Virus record (IMG/VR): IMGVR_UViG_3300020204_000006
DNA length: 64,000 nt
Strand: one strand, 5' to 3'
Origin: a virus
Shown here: positions 18,801-27,800 of the stretch, piece after piece
Layout: each line of letters opens with the position of its first letter
Numbering within the stretch: the first letter of the stretch is position 1
Notes under the pieces: model-generated
Told to the model about the DNA's origin: nothing
Databases searched by the model: none
Seen by the model: only the letters and a program-made list of their open reading frames with translations
Translations under genes and position numbers: made by a program

Positions 18801-21696
18801 AATGTCTGCAGATAGATGGTTATATTTGGTAGACGGTAGCAATCTTTCTCTTGGGTCAGATAGTATATCTGAAAATGTTTCATATAGTGGCACTATATCT
18901 CATGTATATAGAATAGAAGATGGAGATATAGAAAACTCTTTTGAAACAAATGCTGTGCTTCCTAGTTGGAAGGATTTCCAAAACTATACGTTACTTATAG
19001 ATCCTCAGGGTTTACCAAGATGGGCCTACAGTATATCTTCCGTAAGATTTGGCTCTTCAACTCGATTTATAAGAACAGGCGATGAGCCTGGAATAAAGAT
19101 AGAATCAGATACTATTGGTTCCTATTGCAAGCAAAAGTATTTTCCTAATTGGGGAGAGCGTGGATCTATGCAGTTTAAGATTCCTGGTTCTGCACTTCTT
19201 ATGATTGCCCCAAGTTCAACCAGTAGCTCTAGCAGCAATTCCAGTAGTAGTTCTTTCTTTGACCAGCTTGCTGCTGATGTAGATTCGATTATAAGGTTAA
19301 GATTCCAAAATGCTCCCAGTACAGGTTCTTGCACCAATTCACCATTAGATTCTGATATTATGTCCTTGTACAACAATCCACATAATTCAACTTTTACTTG
19401 GTCTGAACTTAATTGGGACAACTTGTTTGTTAATACAAATCCCAATTCCACAGTTACTGTTAATGGAAGTTCGGTTGCTGTTGACACAACGATTCGTTCT
19501 TTAATTTCTCAATATGTTGGTAACAATTTTAATCCAAGACATGGAGCGACAAATATTCTTGGTTTCCCTAATGGCAGTCCTCCCGTTGCAAATACATGTC
19601 ATCCAAGAAGTAGATATGTAAGAGTATTTACTATAGAAGATATCCCTAAGGGTTGTTGCAGTGGGGTTGCATGGGACAATCTAACTCCTAGTTGCAAATG
19701 TATATCTTCTGGTACGCTTGATGGATGTGGATCAAGCTCTACTACATCAACTCCAGATTTGTGTTCATGTAATGATAAGAGAATAAAGAAGGCTCTTTCT
19801 GAACATGACAATTCTTGTGGACATTGGATAAGAACTACTGGTGTTCAAACTGCTTTTGCTTATAGGGCGGTGAAAAAAAGAATAGAATATGGCGGATCAA
19901 TTGGTAGCGGGGCATCTGCTGTGTCTGGTGCTGCTGCGCAGCAACAGCTTTTAACTGACATATTTGATCGCTGCATGGACATATTGCGTGAAATAAACAA
20001 GTATACTACAAGTCCTAATGGCCAGGGCTCTTATGATATGATGAGAAATGGATGGACTATTGCTAACTGCTCAAATGATCCTAATGTAAATGACGGTCCT
20101 TATCTTGGTACAGCATGGGGAACTAATGGGCTAGTTAGGATGCTTGATCTTATTGGTCCAGATGTTCAGCAGGCAGATCCAGTTTTGTATAGTAGGCTTG
20201 GAGACCAGCTTAGGTCTGAAGTTCTTCAAATGGTTGATGATTGGAAAAATAATCGTGCATGGTACATGAAAGGACATTTGGGTACAAATCCTTGTGGATC
20301 AGGAAGATCAAACACCAATCAGTGGATTGAGCCTGTTTGTGCCCTTGTAAATGCTTCACTTTTCCTGATTGATAGATTTGGTCAAACTGATTTAAAACCC
20401 GCATATAACATGGGAGTTTGTCTTTTAGGTTTTTCCGTAAAAAATCAATTTACAGATGGTGGTTTTGCTGAAGGTTGGGGTTATGCAGTACAGTGTGCCC
20501 CAGAAATGTTCTTTACTATAGAAATGATGAATAAATCTGGTGATTTTAGGATAAGAGATGCCGCGTGGTCACGTAATTTTGTTAATAATTATTGGAATTG
20601 GTTTACTAATCATATGTTGCCAGGAAATTATATAGCTAACTATTCTGATTGCAGGGCTCAACAGGTGGCTTCTTGGGCACTTAGTACGCCATATAGGGAT
20701 CTTCCATTCTCTTCAGAAGCTTGTGATCAAGAAAACAAGATAATTGCTTATAATAATTTTACATTTTTATTCCCTGGTAATCCTGGAAGTATAGATGGGA
20801 TAAAAGGCTATTCTGGTAAAAAGGCGCTAACTGCACTTAATCAGGGCTACGATTTAAATAATCCTATATTGAATATGAGTAATTTTAGAAACTATGCAGA
20901 TTCAAGAATCGTATTTTGGAGAACAGGAAGAGCTAAGCCTTCGGATATAAATAGTTCTTCTGCTAGTTCTCATTTTGCTTTATGGGTTAAGGGAGGTAGC
21001 TTAAAAGATGGGCATAAGCACAGGGATGAAGGTCAATTTGCAATATACTGTGGCAAGAAATCAATTATTCTTGAATCTGGCATGGATTATGATATAGCTC
21101 CCGCACAGGCCGAGGCTTTGGCTAATGAGAGAGGACATAACATATTGCAGATCGGAGCAAAAGCAAGAGGTACTCTTGTTGATTGTCCCATGACGGTTTC
21201 CGCACTAAGTCAGACAAATGGCGATGTTTTTATAAATCTAAATGACTCTTATATACCTGGTGTAATAACTTCATGCAACAGAAGACTTCAATGGTCTCAT
21301 TCTGGAATATTAACTAATCCACTATCGGTTACTGTTTCCGACAGTGTGGTGTTTGCTGCAGCAGTACTTTCTACCCAGGAAATATTTAGATTCCATACTG
21401 GAAGATCTACAGATTCATCTGGTTCTACAAATTCTCTTACTGTTTCTGGCTCTGGTACATCTTGGAATATTTCTTGGCCAGGTGTTACAATGTCAATATC
21501 ATCAAATATACCTATAGTTGTTGCTGATAGTTTTGCGATGGATTTTACTCAACTTTTGCCTCCCACTCAATCTAGTATAAATAATCCAAGGTATCACAGA
21601 ATTATTTCAATAAAACCAGTAAATAATATATCAGCAAATTCTTCGCTTACTTTAACTACAAGTATTATTGCAAATCATGATGTCAATGGTGGATAA
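6844..21696 (+). CDS. Giant modular protein 2 (4950 aa), putative multi-enzyme polysaccharide depolymerase/adhesin: degenerate trypsin-like domain, three TIM-barrel GH-like domains, two long Ser arrays, two heparinase II/III-like lyase modules
   Basis: Uninterrupted ORF whose ATG overlaps the ORF1 stop (TAATG). Motifs GWWHEGAPAY / HSHADSL / SHNTVVVN and DGGFAEGWGY / GHKHRDEG / GHNILQI; FDYIMNDQE; ISPHCAV...SDVLV...TDSTSP. Confidence 0.85.
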   Translation: MALTINNNPSKYDLWTYEGSGRIPIGPNYNNIFILNGIQNIFCVSANSRSTASVPNGPPASFNCNGSLVNSSGSINGPFVIAISPHCAVGSLKNFISAGQPIKFWYKHANGGSGGFITRTASNIRFSSSPSRPYEWVAGGYYEGTSSLYSGSFSDVLVYFFDEPLPVDADFAVLPIFNDYKMWRKNSGVFPYNPGVIVDHDSRMVPGSVFMNFTEIYDSDQIGGVTPGASDVRITGIDGYFLSDLNSISDKKYKENYLKYLDEDASYYDNIFRIIKGGATDSTSPIFEVDFESNCLVLYSLSTILTNNRNPSWIKSQNNYDCLCGIRKGNLVSVNMFGLDYFDRSENPYIRLGKNFFNTSRLEGDPFIPGEPNVIPSDLYKIPVKSIDSEYINKFYLGFDVLDYNQESRFSKAYSLGYSHYFYLDNYFDSSDPFDGPFIPNGPGVPFQLRNSFNVSGTINYFSQKYPSTWDQNSSKNLVIGIYGYSGSGSYGSFTVVSDFKNAINQDSFSGFDLVIGSASFKEAKSKIIKYISDIKAALPNMKIGWCDLVGYSNWYPPYVYGDLPESEKSWLSVNDSQKSLIFNCWDKIWEGVIEKLDFISFSFNDNVNRNSNAGSDPALWHEVNRKRAEIAIEYVKRYCYRKNIRCPKILPCISSCTGENIFENCGTSNLFSHANRPISDVEFIERVVSPCVDYGVDGFILKNNSIFEEYYDGWINPNININSRRKLSYNYICNSASSIDLSDCSYYNIINNYSLCSASQNAQNVINSIFSYVENKMSVLSRYLVDFEAFGSGSSSLKNFSLITEIGMNPWDTSAEQLEKYSLLNYDLFNSTPSVDSHMNYTSSVLADSFIENPIYSNGVDWDPDNTNISIYSYDSTYSAGNLVKFFDTKTYRWCVFQATQSVSVGDYPGRSNYFSTDGSGNREYYRSNINIRWKCADINFLYSHYSLVPSINKYYENNKLSLVKGRSKYKAYDLEVPWTFLPVHEANYLLYYDQGVYGLRNGYEDFNFDGGFVNLTSSGFGYSHELGADLFKNFYFSSVSSLFDSNKGIISDFIFWYKNISEDKHKKSFTDNFIYDLIFSYDFNSASYDEFDKPQIVSNLGISENVTRYQIFEYQKYIVPKIERIIKEKSHGKYVMNSGDFRFDCGLITTENTGSRDDNGSQEFMVNSLRQLTESTPHVSSWDSFGRNISSIGSTEYYEPIFLPQFWFGKKDGLYDVVFERTRDISIFSSNYSLNRFVNDSLQMYSSDASIITFKVLGKDENSVSLISEKDQYGFIFGLGVKSISLIIESYEEQGSPVKSRDGDGEEYGPPSFSPAIEKYWICNLSIEMNSQDSQNDFERKFGKIFFNKLMGNLHSDGLKFFTRWKINKKGVVYPSTFPVKSFNPSSLYHLLEQDDISIFDVNSRYNASISLWSNSEIMFATNSYTYSAKSLSSLPPLSGGSGYYPVYKNGQELYQFNSDHSGIEFISNALDSKHYEELKNHFSIFDSENKNTLMVRSYYGLLPLWMSKYGLDDPQFRYNTRYSDKSLELSSKNSREYTGFLIHSNYGRGTSAAQTPYESYEESVASLMKVAKNLSPNKVIVPFVCPKSIGQHYFISCLYHPKEFCYYLVRPWFIGNYRADAVHVWDSYVYYVNSCFYDLSNYSEPAGFRTGIEMAIFNGNMLSIDDAWNINNSSSFDWNSVEKGGMLWDNYGEKAMINLEYTSLNGNDSYYEKPKIVIFIKEVVSLYLKDLYSELNKLLQNPEIYERPSDKSIGYDVLSFLNGLLVSCQNELKVEIVGGGSYSSENWVGYKIEWYKSKSYVDNPYGFELIYTESGAGFIQYIYAPRALTDLLANGDVIKAKLHVNTGYGLNSSSTYECSLYFDSKVNNIGNYFIPSSVVNTREKNILKIVNSEQIAMLVDPPSSSSSSSGSFNNSSSSSSISLSSSSSSLSSSSSSSSSSLLYIPGGDLPEPSSSLDYEVWAAHFTGNMFDANNPEYGRFGHPNYKLLSIVPGISIFGTNYNGHRMPSDTNSASITSANFQQFKNEITSVPSGRRVMIPYYWFPDIGCYTKLHDQYYRNTSDGVVYDDGTRQDRILTCWLDNNSNDCADSFRSFLQRCINDGFNFDYIMNDQETQDNYWIDGRNSYPNWLDDTDGDGYRNDPSPGIDSAGFMHDARRVSAIMSDSRFTSYVNPYTGKTFAQEFMENYQALRVRSGLSEDSRSWQEILAPFANANSPMHFRPSSFYWQAYGCSNGCSPDGITINGLVHPEGYNLFFHALPAWRAAADSWHFNVYWKRFRDVLGEFAEFSNTIHMEYTASAINSEEAKFFQQSNLEISMQPALADSWTGSSRYYAGFFNIIFPNWALPPDGEYNNAKEYCSGYVLTPQNEDELFNWCGYLVLDYKGPSGESNLIRYPETDVSPNATGFDQSLVKRWYTEYCFKHLVNIIKLERVHLRSDPNHWEKFVPWIGYQGYFQARWYNGDVAYYHEMIRHTILNGARIFQIFESNYIPDSCRIIHKILDEWRSISGNSRAQPCSNAFGDASQPVDRMVLKDVFENVLISGGRLVEHPDWYIWRISVAPKHFNSDGICILRKQIQDQDLPDTIIIDSNTSRNNDDSSRRGVWVQRNVPGMPIYSVATFSSSSSSSSSSSSSSSVSSSSSSNSSSSSVSSSSSVSSSSISSSSSESSSSSESSSSSNSSSSSNSSSSSGSSSSSDSSSSSDSSSSSNSSSSSQSSSSSQSSSSSQSSSSSQSSSSSGSSSSSGSSSSSDSSSSSNSSSSSGSSSSSQSSSSSQSSSSSDSSSSSGSSSSSQSSSSSDSSSSSNSSSSSSSGSSSSSHSSSSSGSSSSNSSSSSSSCSAPNWPDFVAYSFSNIFPNAPSVQVCYADNYTISYSTSAQYILQYRVTGSPVQEWTDHIDNPGSYTDVLSTQSINVSNPFEYLTFALRSTSPVTSSTSFVVQVSILDPVEMTVEVVDSFTVTVDNSGSSSSSSSLSSSSSQSSSSSNSSSSSHSSSSSQSSSSSGSSSSSQSSSSSNSSSSSQSSSSSGSSSSSGSSSSSQSSSSSESSSSSNSSSSSQSSSSSNSSSSSGSSSSSNSSSSSGSSSSSNSSSSSRSSSSSGSSSSSQSSSSSNSSSSSQSSSSSNSSSSSRSSSSSGSSSSSQSSSSSRSSSSSQSSSSSQSSSSSGSSSSSQSSSSSLSSSSSSNTDPLFAYRSFGGDPTDTQWTNNFAFNGNVSKSDSQLTSDYIISFNSTSLPFARSYERYVHALVKSWYRGGQTNTTYFNLAVKMIQASLNYRPNITDGTGNLPGQLKINEASEFDLHNTITLDGAKSAINYHLRDACLHFAQLGILTRNASAIRKASSIISGFADKIRDNWPVWNPYFGVGFGTGRLPSSQNIPASYQLESSSGIWGGWIYYDLNLAMPLVQAWSLIKDNPNCTSDKDWVKSMFNLFLQFQTWRRQAAPPTTPWRSNGQPDYSNQDMRLIQGYLEFGILLEEPELVHYGVWYLKNIYRGLFTSDGWWHEGAPAYQDDLQRGLNWAIMDFPGWENSTYRYSDPPGFIASAIDGTRFDDINLYDLVKRQTDRSNRVFSHIQLFNGFPLCRGDSNWNQADSIQVRNTLTIEDSQIIYPASSKLFGTGCLAILGNEKGSSSQKDIGTIVSLEYGSAQTHSHADSLHLNVFSKNQEVMSETQYRPVSGDTISSRAWHSCTASHNTVVVNQISQNTTGSFGDNRRTKNALDEINGMPDWAWRFYSGQRTTNYGKLRLYNKDYSKVKVMEVDAEKSYNAVVSPMTKYRRTVSLVEIDTEDNYIVDIFRVSGGTQHDYMLHSCLQTDYSATISAGVMPSSVSGQLFPSGTAENGMDRINKSESFLTSNNWNVEFLPSASSENWKQYTYMIGQSGSEIIKCTAPSMRIANQTRPFICVRRTASESVFVAVHHAVKKSNSSKISSIQSLPSTNPNVIALKINLTNGRSDTVISGEGPTDSALIDTKIQFTGSFAHVAEHSNSMSADRWLYLVDGSNLSLGSDSISENVSYSGTISHVYRIEDGDIENSFETNAVLPSWKDFQNYTLLIDPQGLPRWAYSISSVRFGSSTRFIRTGDEPGIKIESDTIGSYCKQKYFPNWGERGSMQFKIPGSALLMIAPSSTSSSSSNSSSSSFFDQLAADVDSIIRLRFQNAPSTGSCTNSPLDSDIMSLYNNPHNSTFTWSELNWDNLFVNTNPNSTVTVNGSSVAVDTTIRSLISQYVGNNFNPRHGATNILGFPNGSPPVANTCHPRSRYVRVFTIEDIPKGCCSGVAWDNLTPSCKCISSGTLDGCGSSSTTSTPDLCSCNDKRIKKALSEHDNSCGHWIRTTGVQTAFAYRAVKKRIEYGGSIGSGASAVSGAAAQQQLLTDIFDRCMDILREINKYTTSPNGQGSYDMMRNGWTIANCSNDPNVNDGPYLGTAWGTNGLVRMLDLIGPDVQQADPVLYSRLGDQLRSEVLQMVDDWKNNRAWYMKGHLGTNPCGSGRSNTNQWIEPVCALVNASLFLIDRFGQTDLKPAYNMGVCLLGFSVKNQFTDGGFAEGWGYAVQCAPEMFFTIEMMNKSGDFRIRDAAWSRNFVNNYWNWFTNHMLPGNYIANYSDCRAQQVASWALSTPYRDLPFSSEACDQENKIIAYNNFTFLFPGNPGSIDGIKGYSGKKALTALNQGYDLNNPILNMSNFRNYADSRIVFWRTGRAKPSDINSSSASSHFALWVKGGSLKDGHKHRDEGQFAIYCGKKSIILESGMDYDIAPAQAEALANERGHNILQIGAKARGTLVDCPMTVSALSQTNGDVFINLNDSYIPGVITSCNRRLQWSHSGILTNPLSVTVSDSVVFAAAVLSTQEIFRFHTGRSTDSSGSTNSLTVSGSGTSWNISWPGVTMSISSNIPIVVADSFAMDFTQLLPPTQSSINNPRYHRIISIKPVNNISANSSLTLTTSIIANHDVNGG
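14710..15357 (+). repeat. Ser-rich 18-bp tandem repeat array (216 aa, X-SSSSS; X = V/I/E/N/G/D/Q/H)
   Basis: Unit NNN-TCC-AGC-AGT-AGY-AGY read directly. Confidence 0.97.
15736..16395 (+). repeat. Ser-rich 18-bp tandem repeat array (220 aa, X-SSSSS; X = Q/N/H/G/E/R/L)
   Basis: Same unit as the other two arrays, with a partial higher-order duplication at a 180-bp offset. Confidence 0.97.
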
Positions 21697-21810
21697 TTTA
21701 TAAAAGGATTATTTTAAAATAATATTTATTATCAATTTGTTGAATGTCGATAAATTTATAAACTTTTTATGTATAAAATGTTTTATTGCATTTTTTTTGT
21801 ATAAATATAT
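21697..21810 (+). promoter_or_regulatory. AT-rich intergenic region with candidate promoter; TATAAATA at 21800-21807 directly upstream of the ATG
   Basis: The only intergenic gap over 100 bp in the window. TATAAATA matches the T4 late -10 consensus; there is no Shine-Dalgarno motif. Confidence 0.4.
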
Positions 21811-24800
21811 ATGGGATTTCCCAATACAGTACACGTACACGGCTCTTTAAGTGACTCTTCAATAGTTGGTCAGGGTAAATATCCTACTATATCCCCTTCA
21901 GCTGTTACTGTTATTGATTGTGGTAATTTTTATTCAGCAGAAAATTCTGGTGATTTGTTCTACATGGTTGATTTTCAGCAATCTGGTGCTGTATCTACTT
22001 CTTATGTTAGGACGATAGCTGATTCTATTGACAATTTTACTGGTGGTTCTTCAAGTTTTATTTATAAAATAAAATCTAGTTTTTCTGGCAAGGTTTATTA
22101 TGGTATTAGACTAGGTTTTACTGCAGAATTTTCTGGTTGTAGAATAAATTTTTATTACTCTAATTCTTTAAATCATTCAATATTTATTTCTGAAAGTGAC
22201 GTGCTTTCTTTGGGTGGTTTAAATAAGTTTTATTTTGTTCATGATTCTTTTACTGCTTTTGATTCAGAGGTTAGAGATTTTAAAATATCAATAGACGCTC
22301 CTGGTGTAATTATTGATTCTATAGTTTTTAGCGATTCTTCAGTCCGTTCTTTTCCTGATATACAGTCTTACATATCAAAAGAAATAGGTTCTATTTTTTC
22401 CCTTGAGTCAAATATTGATCAGAGCGTATCTCTTTCATATGCTTCTTTAAAATCAAAAATTGATTATTCTTCTATTACTCTTCACATGCAAATCTATTTG
22501 ATAGATCAATCTGAAAGAGTTGTTGGTTTTCTCAAATGCCATTCATACATAAATACAAATTCAATAATATTTGATGACGGGTGGATTGCTTTTAACATAA
22601 ATTATTTTAAAAATTATTCTGCTCAAGATCAATATTTTATAATGCAGAATTTCAAGCTTGGCATATCATTGGTCGGTTGCCCAAAAAATGAAAATTTATA
22701 TTTCATATGGTCTCAAGCCGCAGATTACAATTCTGGATTTTTGACCATGAACAGAAATAATGAAGATCAGCTTGTTCAATCTGAATATGATCTGGCGGTA
22801 AAATTATTTGATCAAGGTGAAAGTTCATCTGAAAATAATATACAGACACAGTCTCCTGAAGTTCAAAATTTGATAATAAATAATTTTGATAACTACAAGT
22901 ATTCAAATCCAGTAAATGTAGACATAGAGAATATAGATGACAAAAGAAGTCAAATGGTTTTGAAACTTCCAGACAGAGTTGTGACATTCCTTTTTGACGT
23001 AAGTGGATCTATGACATGGAATGACCCTAATGGTAAAAGATTTGATGTTGCAAAATCTATAATAGACAGATTTGCTGGTGGATATCCTGGCAACCTAAAT
23101 TACCAAGTATTAACTTTTGGTGGAACTAGAATTCTTACAGAGTGGTTTGGTGTTGTTGAAGGAAAAGTTAGTGATACATCTGACGCAAACGAAGCTAAAA
23201 GAAAAGCCTTTTTTGATGAGGCTTTTAAGTTTAATGGTGTTCAAATAGTAAGAAAGAAAGGTTCTCCTCCGGTATCTCCAACGGATGGAGACATAGTTTT
23301 TTCTGGATATTCAAAAATACTATACGACTCTGGGCTAGAAGAAAATACAGAATATTATTATTCCGTATTTAGTCAAACTGATGATGGTAGATTTTCTGAT
23401 CCAGTTGTGATAAAGGCTGTCCCAGAGCCTAGAATTGTTCCATCTGGAATAAAAAATTTAAATGGAAAGTCTTTTAAGGCTTCGGGCATTTCTAGAGATG
23501 TAAACACTCATTGTCTTTTGCACATGGATGAGTCTGGAGGTCTTAATATATTTGACTTTGCAAAAGGGGCAATATTTGTTTATAAAAATACAGAAGAAAA
23601 TTCTTTGCCTATATGGATAGAAAAAAGTGAGTCTATACCTTCATCAAGTGTTCAAGGTGAGGGTAAGGGCAGTGGTCTAAGATTAAATGGCAAAAGTGAA
23701 TATATTCACGTTGAAGATAGTAGCTTTAATCCACTAGTTTCTGAATCTTTTGGATTTATGGTTTGGGTTTACCCATTTTCCTCCAATGAATCATATTTTG
23801 ATTCTCAGCTTGGCTTGATTAATTTAACAAAATCAAATGATGAAATTATTAGAATTTTTATTCAAGAAGACGGTAGCTTATTTGTAAATTCTTCATTGGG
23901 GTCTTTTGTTTCTTCAGAAAAAATTACACCCAATACATGGAATCATATTTGTATTTTTTCAGACTCTTCATCTTCTAAATTATACATAAACGCAAATGAG
24001 GAAGTACACGGTAGTATTTATTCTGGTGAGTCAATAAAAAATTTAGAAATAGGAAGATCTACTGACGATACTTATTACTTTGGAAAAATAACAGAGTTTT
24101 CTCTTCACTCTTCAATAAGAGGTCCTTCGTATGTGTCAGAGCACTACAACAATGTCCCTTCTTGGAATGGAGAATCTATTGCGGTTATGTCATTTGACGT
24201 TCCATCTTCTTACTTAGATGGGAGTAAAAGGTACTCAATAAGGTATAAGCCGGAAATAGGTCCTCTTAGGCATTTGAGTGACGATATAAGTGGGCCTGCA
24301 AATTATGGTTCCTATCAGGGTGATACCGGATTAAGACCGGAAAATGTCCCTCCTGGTTACGTCGTAAGAAATGTAAATTTTTCTAGAATAGTATATGGTG
24401 ATGACTTGGGTCCTACTCATGTGTTTGATGGTACCGAATTTAAGTCTGGAATAATAGACAAAAAAAGTTATAAGCATGTTTTTATTGGTGATTTTGCATC
24501 TCCTTTTGATGAAATTGAAAAACTTTCTATAGGATTAGAGGCTCCCGGTTTTAGACATTTCTTTAGAATTTTTACAATAAATCAAAACGATATATCTTCT
24601 TTGCCAGAAGATAGTGGATTGTTTGAATTTACTCCTCCTATTTGGCGGCAAAGATCAGAATATCCTGTTCAAATATCAGGCGTTTCGGATGTAGAGTATT
24701 TTGTTGGCGACTCAAAAGTCATGCTAACTTGGAATTTAAACAATAAGCAAAATGTAGAAAATATTTTAGTTTATTTTAGTAGGAAGTATAATCCAGACAT

Positions 24801-27800
24801 ACATGCCGCATATAGAAAATACAACGATGCAGCTTCTACCATGGAATTATATCCTGTGTTTTTGGGAGATAAAAATTCCACAGAGTTTGTTTTAAGAAAA
24901 GGTATAGTAGAATTTGCAAGAAGAAATACTAATGACCAGAATAGCCAATTTCAAAATCTCGGACCAATCGGAAGATGTCCAGAGTGCGATCTTCTTAATG
25001 GAGAAAAAGGTTATTTTTCAATATACACCAGAGATAAATTTGGCAATTATAGTGAGCCTGTTTTTGTTGAGGCAATTCCAAATCCAGGAAATCAAGAGTC
25101 GGCTATACCTCCGGATCAAATATTTGGCATTAGATATCAGCCTGTTGATGAGCAGAGTGTCTCAATAAGATGGATTAATCCTAGTAAGATAAATTCATAT
25201 TCTGATATACAATGTTGGCTTGACGACAGAATAGTTTTTTACTTCAGGGCAACTGATATATTTGGTAGAAAATTAGAGACAAGATATGAATTTAAATTTG
25301 TAACAAGTAGAGGTATTGACGTTTCAAATACAGACTCATTCGGTTTTCCTGGTCAAATTTTTCATGGATTCGGTGGTAATTCTTGGGGGTCTAGGTCTTT
25401 TTACTCAGAGCCTCCTCCTCTTGGCTTTTCTGATTCTGAGGCAATTTCTTTATTTTTTGATCCCGAAAGATCAGAGGCACTTAGGGAAAAAATATATTTC
25501 TCTAAAATAGTCAGTGTACAAGAAGTAAAAAATTCATTAGATGGATATTATAAAATATTTTTTGATCTTTCTAATGCTTCTTCTGACCAGCTTTCTATGA
25601 TAAATCAGGTGTATTTTGCTGCTCAAATAGTTTTGAGAACATCAAAAGATATAAGAGAAAATGCTATTGCAGACAGATCAAATACTTCTATAATATTTGA
25701 TTCTCAAGATAAATTTGAGTATGCTACTTTGCCAATAAGGGTTTTAATGGATCAGCCACTTGCTATAGTGGCATATCAGAATGGCAATGTTGTATATCCA
25801 AGAGGCACTACTTTATTTGTTCCTGAACCAGGTCCTGGTAATGTTAGCTTCGATCCCTGTGATGATGCATTTTATGGTCAATCTCAAGATGGGTTTTACT
25901 ATGAAAGCGGTAAATTAACACCAGGCTGTTATGTTTCTAGAAATAGACCATACTCAATTTTAATTAGAGCTTCATATAGGAAGCAGCCATTGCCGGATGG
26001 CACATTAATAGATGCATATGTGTATAACGATGTTAGTCCATATGATCCTTCTTTATCAAATAGATTTAATGCTTTTTCTGTTTGGGGGGAAATTTGTGGA
26101 TTAGTGGCATATTGCAATCAAGACAGTCTTTTGGATCCAGATCCTTTTGCTGGTACATATTCTTTAAGCAACATAGGTTTGCTTAGTTCTTCTGGAACCT
26201 TTGCGACTCATTCTTCTGGTAGATTTTCAGAATGCGTATATAGAATACCTGTTCCTGATTCTCCTTCTTCTGTAAGAGTAATATTCAAACTAAGTATTGA
26301 TAGTTTTTTTGCATGTCCTCAAGTATATTTGAATTTTGTATCTAATTTAAGAATAAAAATTAATACAAGGGGACCTATAGCTGATGGAGTAGACGTTGCA
26401 AAGCAACTTTGTTTTGCATATACAATAGACCCAGATTTTGATGTTTCATCTGGAAACAATGTTGATATAGCTCAACAGTATATACAGCCAGTACCTGATT
26501 TTACCCCAATATCTTGGGAGCTATTGAAATATAGAAACGCCAAAGAAAGACCTTTTTATTCTACTTCTCAACAGCAGAACAATGGATCTTTTGTTTTGGC
26601 AGATGGAGTGTTTGATTTTACTCAAAATGGCTATAGTCAAAGTGTGTTTTTTGGTCCAGCAAACGGAGTAGTTGCTAGTTTAATTGGAGACGGAGAAGAT
26701 GTATTTTTAATAGGAGAAGAATACGCTATTAAGGCTTCTATTACATATAACGGTTATACAGTAAGTGCATTTGGCCCTGCTTGTATATTCCCAATTAATA
26801 CAACAAGTAATTCCGATAATCCTGATTTACCTTCAATAAAAAAATCTTCATTTTTTATGTCAAATGCAAATGGAGAGTTTGTTGAGAATATATATAGTGA
26901 CGGTAAAGACTATGCGGTATTTTTGGTTTCTAGGGATCCAGAAATCACTTATGTTAATTCTTCAGGGGTTTTAAGATCAACTGTTTCTGGTTTCTTAAAA
27001 TGCTATAATTCAACCTTGTTTGATGATTCTGGTATAGAAAATGCAATTATTTATAAACCACAGGTTGGTTCTTCTTTGCTTTTTGAAATTATAAGGCCAT
27101 ATTCTTATTTTGAATCAACTGAGCCTTATTGGAAAAACCAAGTAAAAATAATACACAAGAATCTTCTTTTCGTAGAAGAAAATGGCGTTGTAGTCCCAAG
27201 AGGTGACGTTGTGTCCTCCAATTCATCTTTTGTGTCTATTGGAAACGAAAATGAAAATCTTATTGCCATTACTTGTAATGCATTTATTCCTTTAATGTGG
27301 TCAAAATTTGGAGAGCCCACTACGTTGAAAGACAACGGTATGATATGCTCCCATATACATCAGAATCCTTTTGGTTCTGCTGGTGCAATTGGTCCTCCTC
27401 AAGTTCCTTTTATAGACTATGATATAGAAATAAAAGGAACTATAAGTGCAACTGTAGACGGAAAAAGCCAGAATATAATTAGTTCTGGTAACTGGGGCAC
27501 TGGCAATCCACCAAAATTTGTTAAGTTTATAGAGCCTCTCAGGGTAGATCTTGCTTATGTTATGGTTAACGGTCAACCTTCATCTACATTAAAAATAGAT
27601 GGTTTCTCTCAAAATAGACTTGTTTTTGTAGTTACTTTTGCTGGAAGGCCAGTTTCTGAAAATAGCATACTTAAAGTGTATCAGTGTGGCACCGAAATAC
27701 TTGTACCAGAACAAGATATAATAAGAGCAGAAATAAAAAATGATCCATTTTTTACCGGTAGGGATATTTCTGGTAATATAATACCTGGATATATCCCGGG

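Noticed and set aside
21697-21810. tRNA, ncRNA or intrinsic terminator in the only sizeable intergenic gap
   Set aside because: The region is very AT-rich, with no cloverleaf or GC-rich hairpin plus U-tract that I could identify.
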